Origin: Candidatus Poribacteria bacterium
Lineage (GTDB): Bacteria; Poribacteria; WGA-4E; PCPOR2b
Reading direction: 5' to 3'
Assembly (NCBI GenBank): GCA_965215015.1
Contig: OZ244042.1
Span: forward strand, 5,216,001 to 5,280,000
DNA: 64,000 nt
Position numbers and translations under genes: made by a program. Under the pieces are notes generated by a model, which saw only the letters and a program-made list of their open reading frames with translations, had not been told where the DNA came from and did no database searches. Positions 42,540-52,131 of this stretch are shown here, one piece after another. Position 1 is the first letter of the stretch, and each line of letters starts with the position of its first letter.

Positions 42540-42945
42540 CCAACTGAGTCAATCCTCTGTTTCGAGTCCCTTTAATCCCTACTTCCCGCTATATTCGCCG
42601 ATGTAACCTGCTTCCAATCAGCTGCGAGCCATTCCCTGGCTACTGTCGCTGTTTCCAGCCAATCCATAGGGTATCGTCGAGTGTAATGCCATGGGGACTT
42701 GGGTTTCAAGCAATCCAGTCGTGCTCATGCACATCTTAGACTGTGATGCCCATCTAGCTGAGGATATTTCAGTATCAATCTCCTTTTGTTATTATGCTAT
42801 GTTCGGCCTCGGGTTTCCCCGCTTCAGCACTTTTACCGCGCCTACTATAAGACAGGAGGGACTGGAATTTTCTTACAATCCCAGTCCCGATAGTTGGGAC
42901 ACTCCTTATCCCCCTTTACACGGCGCACTCGGCTTCACTATGTTT
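42540..42945 (-). other. Structured non-coding segment plus decayed ORF, possibly a group II intron remnant
   Basis: GGGACTGG/CCAGTCCC stem inside a GCGCC/GGCGC pair, CGGGAAACCCG hairpin, AAGGAG RBS then a broken frame containing EWLAADWKQV. Confidence 0.35.
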
Positions 42946-43171
42946 TTGAAATTACAATCAGAATCGCTCTCCGCAATCTAGTTGTGGTGCTTGTCATTTT
43001 TTAATTGGTTCCGTTTAACCTAACCTACGTGCCCCACAAACTTCCCCCAATTCCACGCGCAAATGTATCAAAAATTGTGAAAGTCCTTCCTTTCAGTATT
43101 ACATATTTTATTAATTGTTTTAGATTTGTTAATATAAATTGATTGTTTTTGCCTTATTTTGCAAAAATATA

Positions 43172-43200
43172 TTGATATATTGATAAAAGTATGTTATATT
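43172..43200 (+). promoter_or_regulatory. Sigma70-type promoter of the DUF2089 cluster
   Basis: TTGATA-N17-TATATT with TGn extension; TATTGA repeated three times around it. Confidence 0.55.
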
Positions 43201-43246
43201 TTTATTATTGACATAAAAAGTCATACTTTGAAGAGGTGAGATAACT

Positions 43247-43636
43247 TTGCGAAAGGTATTAGAAAAATGTCCAACATGCGGCGGTGAACTGACAATAACG
43301 AGTTTGCATTGTCGTTCCTGTCACACGAGGATTGAAAGTGAGTATTCGACCTGCCGCTTCTGTCGCTTGTCACAACAAAACCTTGATTTCATTGAGATTT
43401 TCGTTAAGAATCGCGGGAATATCAAGGAGATGGAGCGTGAGTTGGAGATCTCCTATCCGACTGTTCGAAGCCGGTTAGACGATGTGATCAAGGAGCTTGG
43501 TTATGAGGTTGAGGTGGAATCGCCTGGTCCGGGTGAGATGGCAGATGAACGCCGTGCTATCCTCAAGCAACTCAATGCCGGGGAGATCTCCGCGGCGGAG
43601 GCAACTGAATTGATCAATCAATTAAGGGGGAAATAA
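43247..43636 (+). CDS. DUF2089 family protein (Zn ribbon + HTH + SHOCT-like tail)
   Basis: CPTCG..C..C, FV.NRGNIKEMERELEISYPTVRSRLD, ILKQLNAGEISAAEA. Confidence 0.9.
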   Translation: MRKVLEKCPTCGGELTITSLHCRSCHTRIESEYSTCRFCRLSQQNLDFIEIFVKNRGNIKEMERELEISYPTVRSRLDDVIKELGYEVEVESPGPGEMADERRAILKQLNAGEISAAEATELINQLRGK

Positions 43637-43638
43637 CG

Positions 43639-45018
43639 ATGAACGAGGAAAGAATGTTCATACTCAAAATGGTGGCTGAAGACAAAATCACCATAGAAGA
43701 GGGGGAATCGCTCTTGCAAACTCTTGACGCGCTTGATGAATCGAAGCAGGATTCCGCGGAACAGTCACTGTCCGAAGGTGAGCAAGGGGGCACTGCGGCG
43801 CGACAGTCATTGTCCAAAGATAAGCAAGGGAGTCTTGTTGAGTTATTAAAGGCTGGTGCCGAATCGCTGAAAGATCGGGATGGACTTTCGCTTAAATTTA
43901 GACGGGTATTGAAAAACTCGACTAGAGATGTGGAACGTGAAAGGTACCGTAATCGTGACAGCGGGCGCCAGGGCTGTCACGAGGAGCCAAGAGTCCAGAT
44001 GCAGCTTGAAACAGGTGAAAAGTTTGATCTGGAAATTGATAGCCGGCACGGCGATATTGAAGTGAGGTCATGGGCGAGAAACAGTCTCCAAATCGACTAT
44101 CAGATTACTGTGTGGGCAGCGGATGAGGAAACCGCGAAAGCACTCGCTTCAGAGATTGAAATCCGAATTGAGTCTGAAAAAGATGCCTCGGACCGGGCAA
44201 AGCGGGTTTTGATTACGACGAACTATCCGGAAGAATGGGGGTTATGGAGGAACAGTGGCCCACGTGCACGAGTTGATTATTGGCTGGTCGTCCCACAACA
44301 GACGAATTTGGAACTTGACAATCGGCACGGTGATGTGTCCGTAGACGATTTGCGTGGGACAACTACGGTCAGCAATCGACATGGTAATGTCTCTCTCCAT
44401 GCAATTGATGGCGATTTGGACTTAGACGCCCGCCATGGAAGCGTCGAAGCGGATTCGATTCAAGGGAATATGTTTTTTAAGGGTGGTCATGGGAATGCGG
44501 ATCTTGGTAAAGTCGGTGGTAACTTTAAAGGTGACTATAGACACGGACACCTTGAACTTGATGCGGTCGGAGGGGATCTCACCCTGACACATCGTCATGG
44601 TAATACCGTAGTCCACTCGGTGGAGGGCGTTATTGAGGTGGATAAGGGGCACGGGCGAATTGAGCTCCAAGGGGTACGCGACAGATTCCGCATTGACGCC
44701 AATCACGCAGACACCCATCTCGATGTGGTGTTGCCTTTAAGGGGGGATTGCGTCATCAAGGGGTATCATGCAAAAGTGAACCTCATTGCGCCGGAAAATG
44801 CGTTTGCGTCGATTCAGACGTCAACCTATCGCGGGCACATCTTCTCAGAATTTGAAGGGGATCTAACCAAGGGGAAACGGGATCAACAATTTACGGCAAC
44901 CCTCAGCGAAGATGGGGCAACCCTTCAGGTCAGCAACCATCACGGGCGGATTAATCTCCATTGCCGTGAAGCTGTGCTTTCGGAAGATACCCACGAAAAC
45001 GTGAAGCGTGAAACATAA
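43639..45018 (+). CDS. SHOCT-like + DUF4097 beta-strand repeat protein (RHG repeats)
   Basis: MNEERMFILKMVAEDKITIEE N-terminus; 18-aa repeats with HG turns. Confidence 0.85.
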   Translation: MNEERMFILKMVAEDKITIEEGESLLQTLDALDESKQDSAEQSLSEGEQGGTAARQSLSKDKQGSLVELLKAGAESLKDRDGLSLKFRRVLKNSTRDVERERYRNRDSGRQGCHEEPRVQMQLETGEKFDLEIDSRHGDIEVRSWARNSLQIDYQITVWAADEETAKALASEIEIRIESEKDASDRAKRVLITTNYPEEWGLWRNSGPRARVDYWLVVPQQTNLELDNRHGDVSVDDLRGTTTVSNRHGNVSLHAIDGDLDLDARHGSVEADSIQGNMFFKGGHGNADLGKVGGNFKGDYRHGHLELDAVGGDLTLTHRHGNTVVHSVEGVIEVDKGHGRIELQGVRDRFRIDANHADTHLDVVLPLRGDCVIKGYHAKVNLIAPENAFASIQTSTYRGHIFSEFEGDLTKGKRDQQFTATLSEDGATLQVSNHHGRINLHCREAVLSEDTHENVKRET

Positions 45019-45502
45019 TTAAGAATCCGCGAATCTAACCCAAGTTGCTAGTAGTAGGCATACTCCGTATGCCTACTACTGTCGGGATTTATGGTTTATG
45101 GTGACGCGGGTTGAATGGCGTTACGACAAACTCAAGTGTGTAACTCCTATTATTATGAGCACCCCTCACATAACTAGGTTCTGTTGGCATTTATGTGAGG
45201 TATGTCCGTTATTTGCCGATAAATACCTAATCGTAGAGGCTTAGTTCCCTCACCCAACGAGTTGGGAAACCTAGCCCCTACAGGTTGGTGTGCAACCTAT
45301 AAGTTGTTCTTAGTAGGTGTTGATTTTGGAAAATTGACCGCCAAAAGTCTCCAGTTGCTTTGAATCCCGATCTTACCGGGGGCCTCAGATTGAAAACGCT
45401 CGGAACGGAGATTGGTTCAATACCTAGAACTTGCGCGAATCGAATCAAAATTAAACGCAAAGATGCTAAAAAGAGAAAGAGTTAATGAAGGAGGATATAC
45501 CG

Positions 45503-46606
45503 ATGAACCAAGAAAGACTTGCAATCCTTAAAATGCTTTCAGAGGGAAAAATCAGCGCGGAGGAGGCGGAAATGCTGTTGCGCGCCCTCGATGAAGCTGC
45601 GGCACCAGATGAAGAAACTAATTCTGAAGATGGAAAGCCCAAAAGGAGGCAGGAACTCCTGCAAGAGGTAACGGAAATCTTTCAGGAGGTTGGGCGAGAG
45701 ATTGAGAGTGATGTGAATAAGGCAATTAAATCGGTGCAAGGGTCAGATGTCAAAAAAATTGTCAACGAGGTGGTTGATCAGGTGAGGTCATCTGTCTCTG
45801 ATGCTATTGATTCTGTTGCTGATATTGCTGACATCGCCGGGGAGGAGAGTGGAAAACAGCAGTTCAAACGGCAACTGGACGTGTTTGAGGGCACCGGCAT
45901 CACCAAAATTGATGCACAAACCGCCAACGGGCAGATTACGCTTAAAGGTTCAGACCGAGATGGGGTTACCGTCCGGGCGCGGAAAGAGGTTCGTGGGAGG
46001 AGAGCTGTCGCAGAGGGATTTGCCCAAGAAGTCGAAATCTACGCGGAGCAGATTGGGGAGGAATTACGGATTTTCACCGAACACCCACCGCCCCCCAAAG
46101 GTGTCAATCTCGCGGTGCTTTATACAATTGAGACACCGCGGGAGGTAGATGTGAATCTCCGCACTGTCAACGGTAAGATCGAAATTAGTGGAATCAGTGG
46201 ATCGATTGATGCGACGACCGTTAATGATGTCATAAAATTGGAAGGTGAAACGGGGCCAATTCGTGCCCGCACCACTAACGGATCTATTAGAGCCGAAATC
46301 GATAGGCTAAGCAACGATGCGGAGTTTTCGACAACCAATGGCTTGATAGCAGTAGAGGTGCACCGTGGCGTTGCCCCTGTGACTGCATTGACGACGAATG
46401 GTTCCATCAATTTAACGCTTCCCGCAGATTTTGCCGGACAGCTGGATGCTGAAGCGCGGAGGGGGCGTGCACATTCCGATTTCCCCGTCCCCGTTGTTGG
46501 GAAGGTCAGAAATCGGCTCAAGGGCGAAATTGGCGAAGGTGGCAAGGCGGTTGTCAAGTTGCGGAGTACGAATGGGTCAATTCGTTTGAAACGGCAGGAA
46601 CCTTGA
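45503..46606 (+). CDS. SHOCT-like + DUF4097 beta-strand repeat protein (TxNG repeats; YvlB/LiaX-like)
   Basis: MNQERLAILKMLSEGKISAEEAEMLLRAL; TVNG/TTNG repeats; AAGGAGG RBS. Confidence 0.87.
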   Translation: MNQERLAILKMLSEGKISAEEAEMLLRALDEAAAPDEETNSEDGKPKRRQELLQEVTEIFQEVGREIESDVNKAIKSVQGSDVKKIVNEVVDQVRSSVSDAIDSVADIADIAGEESGKQQFKRQLDVFEGTGITKIDAQTANGQITLKGSDRDGVTVRARKEVRGRRAVAEGFAQEVEIYAEQIGEELRIFTEHPPPPKGVNLAVLYTIETPREVDVNLRTVNGKIEISGISGSIDATTVNDVIKLEGETGPIRARTTNGSIRAEIDRLSNDAEFSTTNGLIAVEVHRGVAPVTALTTNGSINLTLPADFAGQLDAEARRGRAHSDFPVPVVGKVRNRLKGEIGEGGKAVVKLRSTNGSIRLKRQEP

Positions 46607-46830
46607 AGCATGAAACGTGAGACGTGAAACTTGGCAGGTTGGGGAACCCCGATTTCATCGAGGGCAGGTGCCGGTTTTGTTTTTTTTAAGTGGGAATATT
46701 ACAAAGCGGATTGAGTCTGGATTATTGCGTGATGGTTCTAGGTATCTTCCACGATTCCGTAAGGCAAAGAGTTTGGCAAGGGAATCGGGATCTACGCCAC
46801 GTTAATTGAAGATAGTTTTAGGAGGTTATT

Positions 46831-47841
46831 ATGAGGATGGGATTTGGTAAATTTCAAATCATACCGATGTTACAAGGCGTGCTATTGGTAGGAGCAGCTA
46901 TTGCTGACGCTGGTGTTGAAAATAACATCGAGAGGTCGTTTCAAGTCGCTCCCAGCGGGCGTTTGATGGTTGATACAGACAGGGGCTCAATTGAGGTCCG
47001 CACGGCAGACCGCGATTATGTTGATGTAGAGATTGAAAGGAAAGTTAAAAGGGGCGGCAAATGGAGCGTTGAAGAAGTCCTTGAGGATTTCGCAATCACC
47101 TTTAACCATGGCGACGGTGAAGTTGCAATCCGGGCGAAGTACGATCGGAAAAATCTTTGGCAATGGAATCGGGAAAGAAATCGATTGCGGATTAAATTCT
47201 TGATTACCGTGCCGCAACGGTACAACGTTGATCTGAAAACTTCAGGGGGAGGCATTTCCGTTGAAGATTTGGAAGGTGAGGTTCGAGGTCAGACATCGGG
47301 CGGCGGTCTCCGCTTCGGAAAAATCAAAGGTCCTGTTTGGGGACGGACTTCGGGCGGCAGCATTAAATTAGAGGGGACGCAAGGTGATGCTGATGTCAAG
47401 ACCTCCGGCGGTGGGATAACAATCGGAAACGTGGAAGGAGCGGTTCAAGCCATAACCTCCGGTGGATCGATTCGGATCGATAAGGCAACGGGTAGTGTCA
47501 ACGTCAAAACTTCCGGGGGTAGCATTACGGTTAAAGAAGTGATGGGAGACATTACCGCGAAGACTTCTGGTGGTTCTATTAAAACGTATATTTCCCGTCA
47601 ACCTGAAGAGGATTGCTCGTTGGAAACATCAGGGGGAAGTGTAACTGCCTACCTTGTTGAGGACATCGCGGTTGATGTGGATGCTCGGACAAGCGGCGGT
47701 CATGTGTCCACCGATGTTCCCATCACAGTTGTTACACAGGGCAAGATAAGCAAAAACAGGCTACAGGGTGCGATTAATGGCGGGGGACCGCTGCTTAAAC
47801 TGCGTACCTCGGGCGGTGGTGTTCGTCTACGCAAAAAGTAG
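46831..47841 (+). CDS. Exported DUF4097 beta-strand repeat protein (TSGG repeats)
   Basis: Signal-like N-terminus; about 9 TSGG repeats mostly at 18-aa period; INGGGPLLKLRTSGG end. Confidence 0.87.
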   Translation: MRMGFGKFQIIPMLQGVLLVGAAIADAGVENNIERSFQVAPSGRLMVDTDRGSIEVRTADRDYVDVEIERKVKRGGKWSVEEVLEDFAITFNHGDGEVAIRAKYDRKNLWQWNRERNRLRIKFLITVPQRYNVDLKTSGGGISVEDLEGEVRGQTSGGGLRFGKIKGPVWGRTSGGSIKLEGTQGDADVKTSGGGITIGNVEGAVQAITSGGSIRIDKATGSVNVKTSGGSITVKEVMGDITAKTSGGSIKTYISRQPEEDCSLETSGGSVTAYLVEDIAVDVDARTSGGHVSTDVPITVVTQGKISKNRLQGAINGGGPLLKLRTSGGGVRLRKK

Positions 47842-47974
47842 TTTATTCGTGGGTGCATTTGTTCATTGGTTTAAGGGGTCTATGAACCAGTAGATAAATG
47901 AACTCTGAATCAACTAGCGTCGAGTATGGAAACCCGACCTACAGGTTACGGCATACGGCGTATGCCTACTACTA

Positions 47975-48682
47975 TTAAATTGTGCCGTCCTGTGGTTCGT
48001 AGCCGAGGATTTCACAGGTGTGCGAAATGTCGAGCCGTGGGGTTTTATGGCGGCTCTGTCCATGCACGATTGCGAAGTCAACCCCTTCAACATCAATACA
48101 ACACCCGATTAGTTGTGCCAGATCTCGTTGGCTGATCCAACCCTCTGTTAGGTCGCCTTGATTTCGGTTTGGTTCACCGTCTCGCTTAATTCCGCCGATT
48201 CGGATTGCGATTGAGGACAACCCGTCGTGTGCGAAACAGCGTCCCAATGCCTCTCCGAAGCATTTGGTTACGCCGTAGACATTTGGGGGATTCACCGGCA
48301 TATCCCAAGTGACAGAGCGGTCCGGCGGATAGGCTAACATTGCGTTGATGCTGCTGGCAAAGACGACGCGCTCACAGCCTTGGTCTTTCGCCGCTTGAAA
48401 GACGTTATATGTGCCGATGATGTTCAGCGACAGCAGGGTTTCGTAGAAGTCTGCCATTGGACTGCGATCCGCGGCGAGGTGGACAACTGTATCCATCCCC
48501 TCGCAGGCGCGCTGCATCTGGTCGAGGTCGGCGATGTTTGCCTTCATAACTTCATGCCCTTGTGGATTTTCGATTTCAGCGATGTCTGCTAGTCGCATGA
48601 TGTACCGATCGCCGTAATTTTGACGAATATAGCTGCCGATGAATCCTGCTGCACCGGTAATTAAAACTCGTTTACGTACCAT
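47975..48682 (-). CDS. NAD-dependent epimerase/dehydratase (uronate dehydrogenase-like)
   Basis: ITGAAGFIG, HLAA, NIIGTYNVF, FASS, YGVTKCFGE, IRIG. Confidence 0.9.
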   Translation of the reverse strand: MVRKRVLITGAAGFIGSYIRQNYGDRYIMRLADIAEIENPQGHEVMKANIADLDQMQRACEGMDTVVHLAADRSPMADFYETLLSLNIIGTYNVFQAAKDQGCERVVFASSINAMLAYPPDRSVTWDMPVNPPNVYGVTKCFGEALGRCFAHDGLSSIAIRIGGIKRDGEPNRNQGDLTEGWISQRDLAQLIGCCIDVEGVDFAIVHGQSRHKTPRLDISHTCEILGYEPQDGTI

Positions 48683-48686
48683 ACTC

Positions 48687-49469
48687 TTATTTCTCCTTCT
48701 GTTTTGCTTCTTCCCAGATAAGGTCTAAGCCTGCTAAATTGTAGTCTTTGAAAGTTTTACCGCGTTGTTCAAGGGTTTCCTCCATTCTTTGGAAGCGGTT
48801 CGTAAACTTGCGAACCGCTTGGCGCAATGCCTCCTCTGCCTGCAGGTCCAAAAAACGGCATAGGTTCACCACTGAGAACAGCAGATCTCCAATTTCCATC
48901 TCGATGTCCGCCGCATCCCCCTGCTTCACGCTCGCTTGAATTTCCTCGATTTCTTCCTCTAGCTTCGGAAGGACGTCGTCGGCGGTGTTCCAGTCGAACC
49001 CGACGCGAGCGGCTCTGTTCTGAATTTTCTGCGCCCTCAAGAGGCTCGGCAGGGCTTCTGGCACTCCATCGAGGACAGATTTTCGATCTTCATAGCCTGC
49101 CTCGCTTCGCTTAATCGCTTCCCAATTCTGAAGCACCCTTTCCACGTCCTTTGCCTTTACATCTCCAAAGACATGCGGGTGGCGGCGGATGAGTTTATCC
49201 GTTATTGAACGCAGGACTTCATTGATACTGAAATCACCTCGATCCTTTGCAATTTGTGCGTGGAGCATAACTTGCTGAAGAAGGTCGCCGAGTTCTTCCT
49301 GTAGCTTGTCCGATGATTTCGCATCGATTGCCTCGATCACTTCGTAGGTTTCTTCGATGAGGTCTGCCTTCAGGGTTTCGTGGGTCTGTGCCTTGTCCCA
49401 GGGGCAGCCATTTTCACCGCGTAGGGTGGCGACAACTTGAACGAGTTGGTCAAATAGTTCTTTGTGCAT
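48687..49469 (-). CDS. mazG: Nucleoside triphosphate pyrophosphohydrolase MazG (tandem domain)
   Basis: GCPWD.AQTH, EETYEV, EELGDLL, KLIRRHPHVF, VGFDW, EIGDLLF. Confidence 0.95.
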   Translation of the reverse strand: MHKELFDQLVQVVATLRGENGCPWDKAQTHETLKADLIEETYEVIEAIDAKSSDKLQEELGDLLQQVMLHAQIAKDRGDFSINEVLRSITDKLIRRHPHVFGDVKAKDVERVLQNWEAIKRSEAGYEDRKSVLDGVPEALPSLLRAQKIQNRAARVGFDWNTADDVLPKLEEEIEEIQASVKQGDAADIEMEIGDLLFSVVNLCRFLDLQAEEALRQAVRKFTNRFQRMEETLEQRGKTFKDYNLAGLDLIWEEAKQKEK

Positions 49470-49492
49470 AGATAGTAGCCTCCAAGCAGATA

Positions 49493-49564
49493 AGTATAGG
49501 GCATGTCTGCCTTCTCTGTCAAGTTGGAAAAGCTATTGACGCTCCGACCTCTGCATGTTATGAT
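49493..49564. promoter_or_regulatory. Back-to-back sigma70 promoters
   Basis: Minus strand TTGACA-N18-TATACT (49522-49493); plus strand TTGACG-N17-TATGAT (49536-49564). Confidence 0.6.
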
Positions 49565-49870
49565 AATTTAATCGTGAAGCGTGAAACGTGAGGAATCATG
49601 TGTAATATGTGAAGGATTCATTAGTGAAATCGTAGTAGGCAGTTCCGCCGTGCTGTCCCCTCTAAGAACCCAAGAACCCCACCCCTAACCCCTCAAATAC
49701 CCATACGATATCTCTTCCCCCTGCTTGCGGGGGGATTGAGGGGGGTAGGCTCAATGAGCCAGGAATTGACGGACAACCCACAGGGTGTTTAGCGGAGTGG
49801 GGACGCAACCCGCAAGTGGGGGAGGGGGGGATGGCATACGGCGTATGCCTACCACTATATGGGGTGAAGG

Positions 49871-50200
49871 ATGGAATATACACTTGAAAACTGTCAGAAA
49901 TTGGTCGATGAATGGATTAAAACAGTTGGGGTCCGTTATTTTTCCGAGTTGACGAATACTGCTATCTTGATGGAAGAGGTTGGGGAGCTGGCTCGCATCA
50001 TGGCACGCCGGTATGGAGATCAGAGCTTTAAGGCCTCAGATAGAGAAGTAGATCTCGCGGAAGAGATGGCGGACGTGCTGTTTGTGCTGATCTGTTTGGC
50101 GAATCAGACCGGGGTGGAGCTAGAGGGCGCCTTTCGGAAGTCGATCGAGAAAAAGACGAAGCGTGACCGGCAGCGGCATCAGGAGAATCCCAAGCTGTGA
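49871..50200 (+). CDS. Single-domain MazG-like nucleotide pyrophosphohydrolase (YpjD-like)
   Basis: YFSELTN..ILMEEVGELAR, EEMADVLFVLICLANQTG, KKT.RD..RH. Confidence 0.92.
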   Translation: MEYTLENCQKLVDEWIKTVGVRYFSELTNTAILMEEVGELARIMARRYGDQSFKASDREVDLAEEMADVLFVLICLANQTGVELEGAFRKSIEKKTKRDRQRHQENPKL

Positions 50201-50293
50201 TACTAGTTGGTTTATTCGTTCAAAAGTTCATTAATTTACCAGTGAACCGATGTACCAATGAACTCAATCTCCTTACCAACTCGCCCTTGGTTC

Positions 50294-51490
50294 CTATGGA
50301 AGATTGACTTCTGTTTCTACTGCTTCGTCATAATTGACGCCATTGACATCAAAGCCGAACAGGTTGCGGAAACTGTGCTGCAGACCATCGTAGTCGGAGA
50401 TCTCGCGGAAGTTGCCGGTGTTAATTTGGTCCCACCGTTCTATAATTTCGGCGGTGACATCGGCGCGGAGTTCTCTGTCATCGAGTCGGATGCGGCGTTC
50501 AGCGTCGAGCGTTGGGGATAGGTCGGGCCCTATATGTTCTGTGAAAAGCCGTCCCATCTGTGCGATTGGATCTTCGTTGATTTCTTTTGCCTCCATAATT
50601 TGGTTGAGGATGCTCATGTAAAGGGGGACCACTGGGATCGCCATTGATGCCTGTGAAACGATGGCTTTGTTGACGGAGAGGTAGACGTTCCCGCCAAGTT
50701 TGTCGGCGAGGGTTTTGTCTAGCATGTTGACGTGGGTTTCCAGGTTCTCTTTCGCTTTGCCGATTGTGCCGTCGCGATAGATAGCCCATGTGAGCTCGGG
50801 TCCGATGTAGGTGTATGTTACCACCGTCGCCCCCTGTGCGAGCAGATTTTCGGCTAACAGTGCGTCCACCCAAAATTTCAGGTCTTCACCTCCCATCACG
50901 GCGACGGTATCGATGACCTCTTGTTCGGACGCTGCTTCAAGGGTAACATCGGTGACGACCTCTCGATTCAAGTCGATCGTTTGGCTGGTGTAGGACTGGC
51001 CGATCGGCTTCAACACGGAATTATGTTCTGCGCCGGTGCGTGGATGGATCCGCCGTGGAGCCGCGATGCTGTAAACGAGCATATCGATTTTGCCCATACT
51101 CCCTTTGATTCGATTGACGGCTTCCCCCTTAATCTCATCAGAAAAGGCATCGCCGTTGATGCTTTCGGCGGAGAAACCGTCTTGTGCTGCGAGTTGGTGG
51201 AAGGTGGCAGAGTTATAGTAGCCTGCTGTGGCGGTTCGTTTTCCGGATGCTGGCCGTTCATAGAAAATCCCGAGCGATTTTGCGGCGTAGGCCCAGGTGA
51301 GCGCGATGCGGGAGGCGAGTCCGTACCCGGTCGATGCGCCGACTACTAGCGCGTTGAGCCCCTTTTGTTTGGTTGTGGCAGTTTCTTTAATATAATTTAC
51401 CTGGTTCTGGATGTTTTGGTGACATCCGATTGGATGGGCATTTGTGCAGATAAAGCCTCGGATTCGAGGTTTAACGATTTCTACTGACAT
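50294..51490 (-). CDS. fabV: Enoyl-ACP/trans-2-enoyl-CoA reductase FabV
   Basis: RGFICTNAHP.GC, GASTGYGLASRI, TAGYYN, NGDAFS, YSIAAPRR, VMGGED. Confidence 0.95.
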   Translation of the reverse strand: MSVEIVKPRIRGFICTNAHPIGCHQNIQNQVNYIKETATTKQKGLNALVVGASTGYGLASRIALTWAYAAKSLGIFYERPASGKRTATAGYYNSATFHQLAAQDGFSAESINGDAFSDEIKGEAVNRIKGSMGKIDMLVYSIAAPRRIHPRTGAEHNSVLKPIGQSYTSQTIDLNREVVTDVTLEAASEQEVIDTVAVMGGEDLKFWVDALLAENLLAQGATVVTYTYIGPELTWAIYRDGTIGKAKENLETHVNMLDKTLADKLGGNVYLSVNKAIVSQASMAIPVVPLYMSILNQIMEAKEINEDPIAQMGRLFTEHIGPDLSPTLDAERRIRLDDRELRADVTAEIIERWDQINTGNFREISDYDGLQHSFRNLFGFDVNGVNYDEAVETEVNLP

Positions 51491-51626
51491 GGGGTATCCT
51501 TTCTTTATTGGTTCATTGGTCTATTAGTTCATTGGTTCATCGAATTGATCAATAGCTTTCTGAATCGTGAAGGGTAATTCGTAATGCGTGTTGATACCGC
51601 AATTCGGCTCTTATAGGAATGGGACG

Positions 51627-51661
51627 AGAATCCCAAGCCTTTAGGGGTGGGAGTACGTCAA
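51627..51661 (+). mobile_element. Solo IS200/IS605 right-end hairpin
   Basis: AGAATCCCAAGCCTTTAGGGGTGGGAGTACGTCAA, one mismatch to ~10725-10759. Confidence 0.75.
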
Positions 51662-51720
51662 TCTTTACTATTTAGGAGTTACGCACTTCCGAGGGAACAA
51701 CAATCGTTATCGTTATAGAG

Positions 51721-52035
51721 ATGTTCTCGAAGAAACGCCCCACGCTTTCAGATCTGCTCAAGCCGTTGGAATTGACCTCCTTTATCTCCGACGAAATTCA
51801 TGCGCCCATCTCCGTGGACCCGAAGGCTAAAATGGAAGAGGTCGCTGAGGTTTTTGACAAAGCAGGTATTGTCGAATGGGTGGACGGAGTCTCGATTCGC
51901 TTTGATGGTTGGCATCTCATGTCCGTCCTTCCAACACGGAGTCTCTGCTCTATCTCAACGTTGGATCAATGTCAAGTGAGCTTATGGAGCAGAGGTGGGA
52001 CGTGGCTTTGGAGGTGATTCAAGCGGAGGGTAGGT
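51721..52035 (+). pseudogene. Phosphomannomutase/phosphoglucomutase C-terminal fragment
   Basis: ..ISDEI..VDGVSIRFDGWH, then in a shifted frame VRPSNTESLLYLNV; no N-terminal part. Confidence 0.7.
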
Positions 52036-52084
52036 AAAAGTTGTTGCCCATGTTAAGACGTAATGCAAAGAAACCTCGTGCAAC

Positions 52085-52113
52085 AGAAACCGAGTTTTTT
52101 AAACTCGGTTTCT
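52085..52113. terminator. Inverted repeat downstream of the RidA-family gene (terminator or REP)
   Basis: AGAAACCGAGTTT / AAACTCGGTTTCT; related copy at 33583-33616. Confidence 0.6.
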
Positions 52114-52131
52114 CCTGTCCCTTTCACATTA

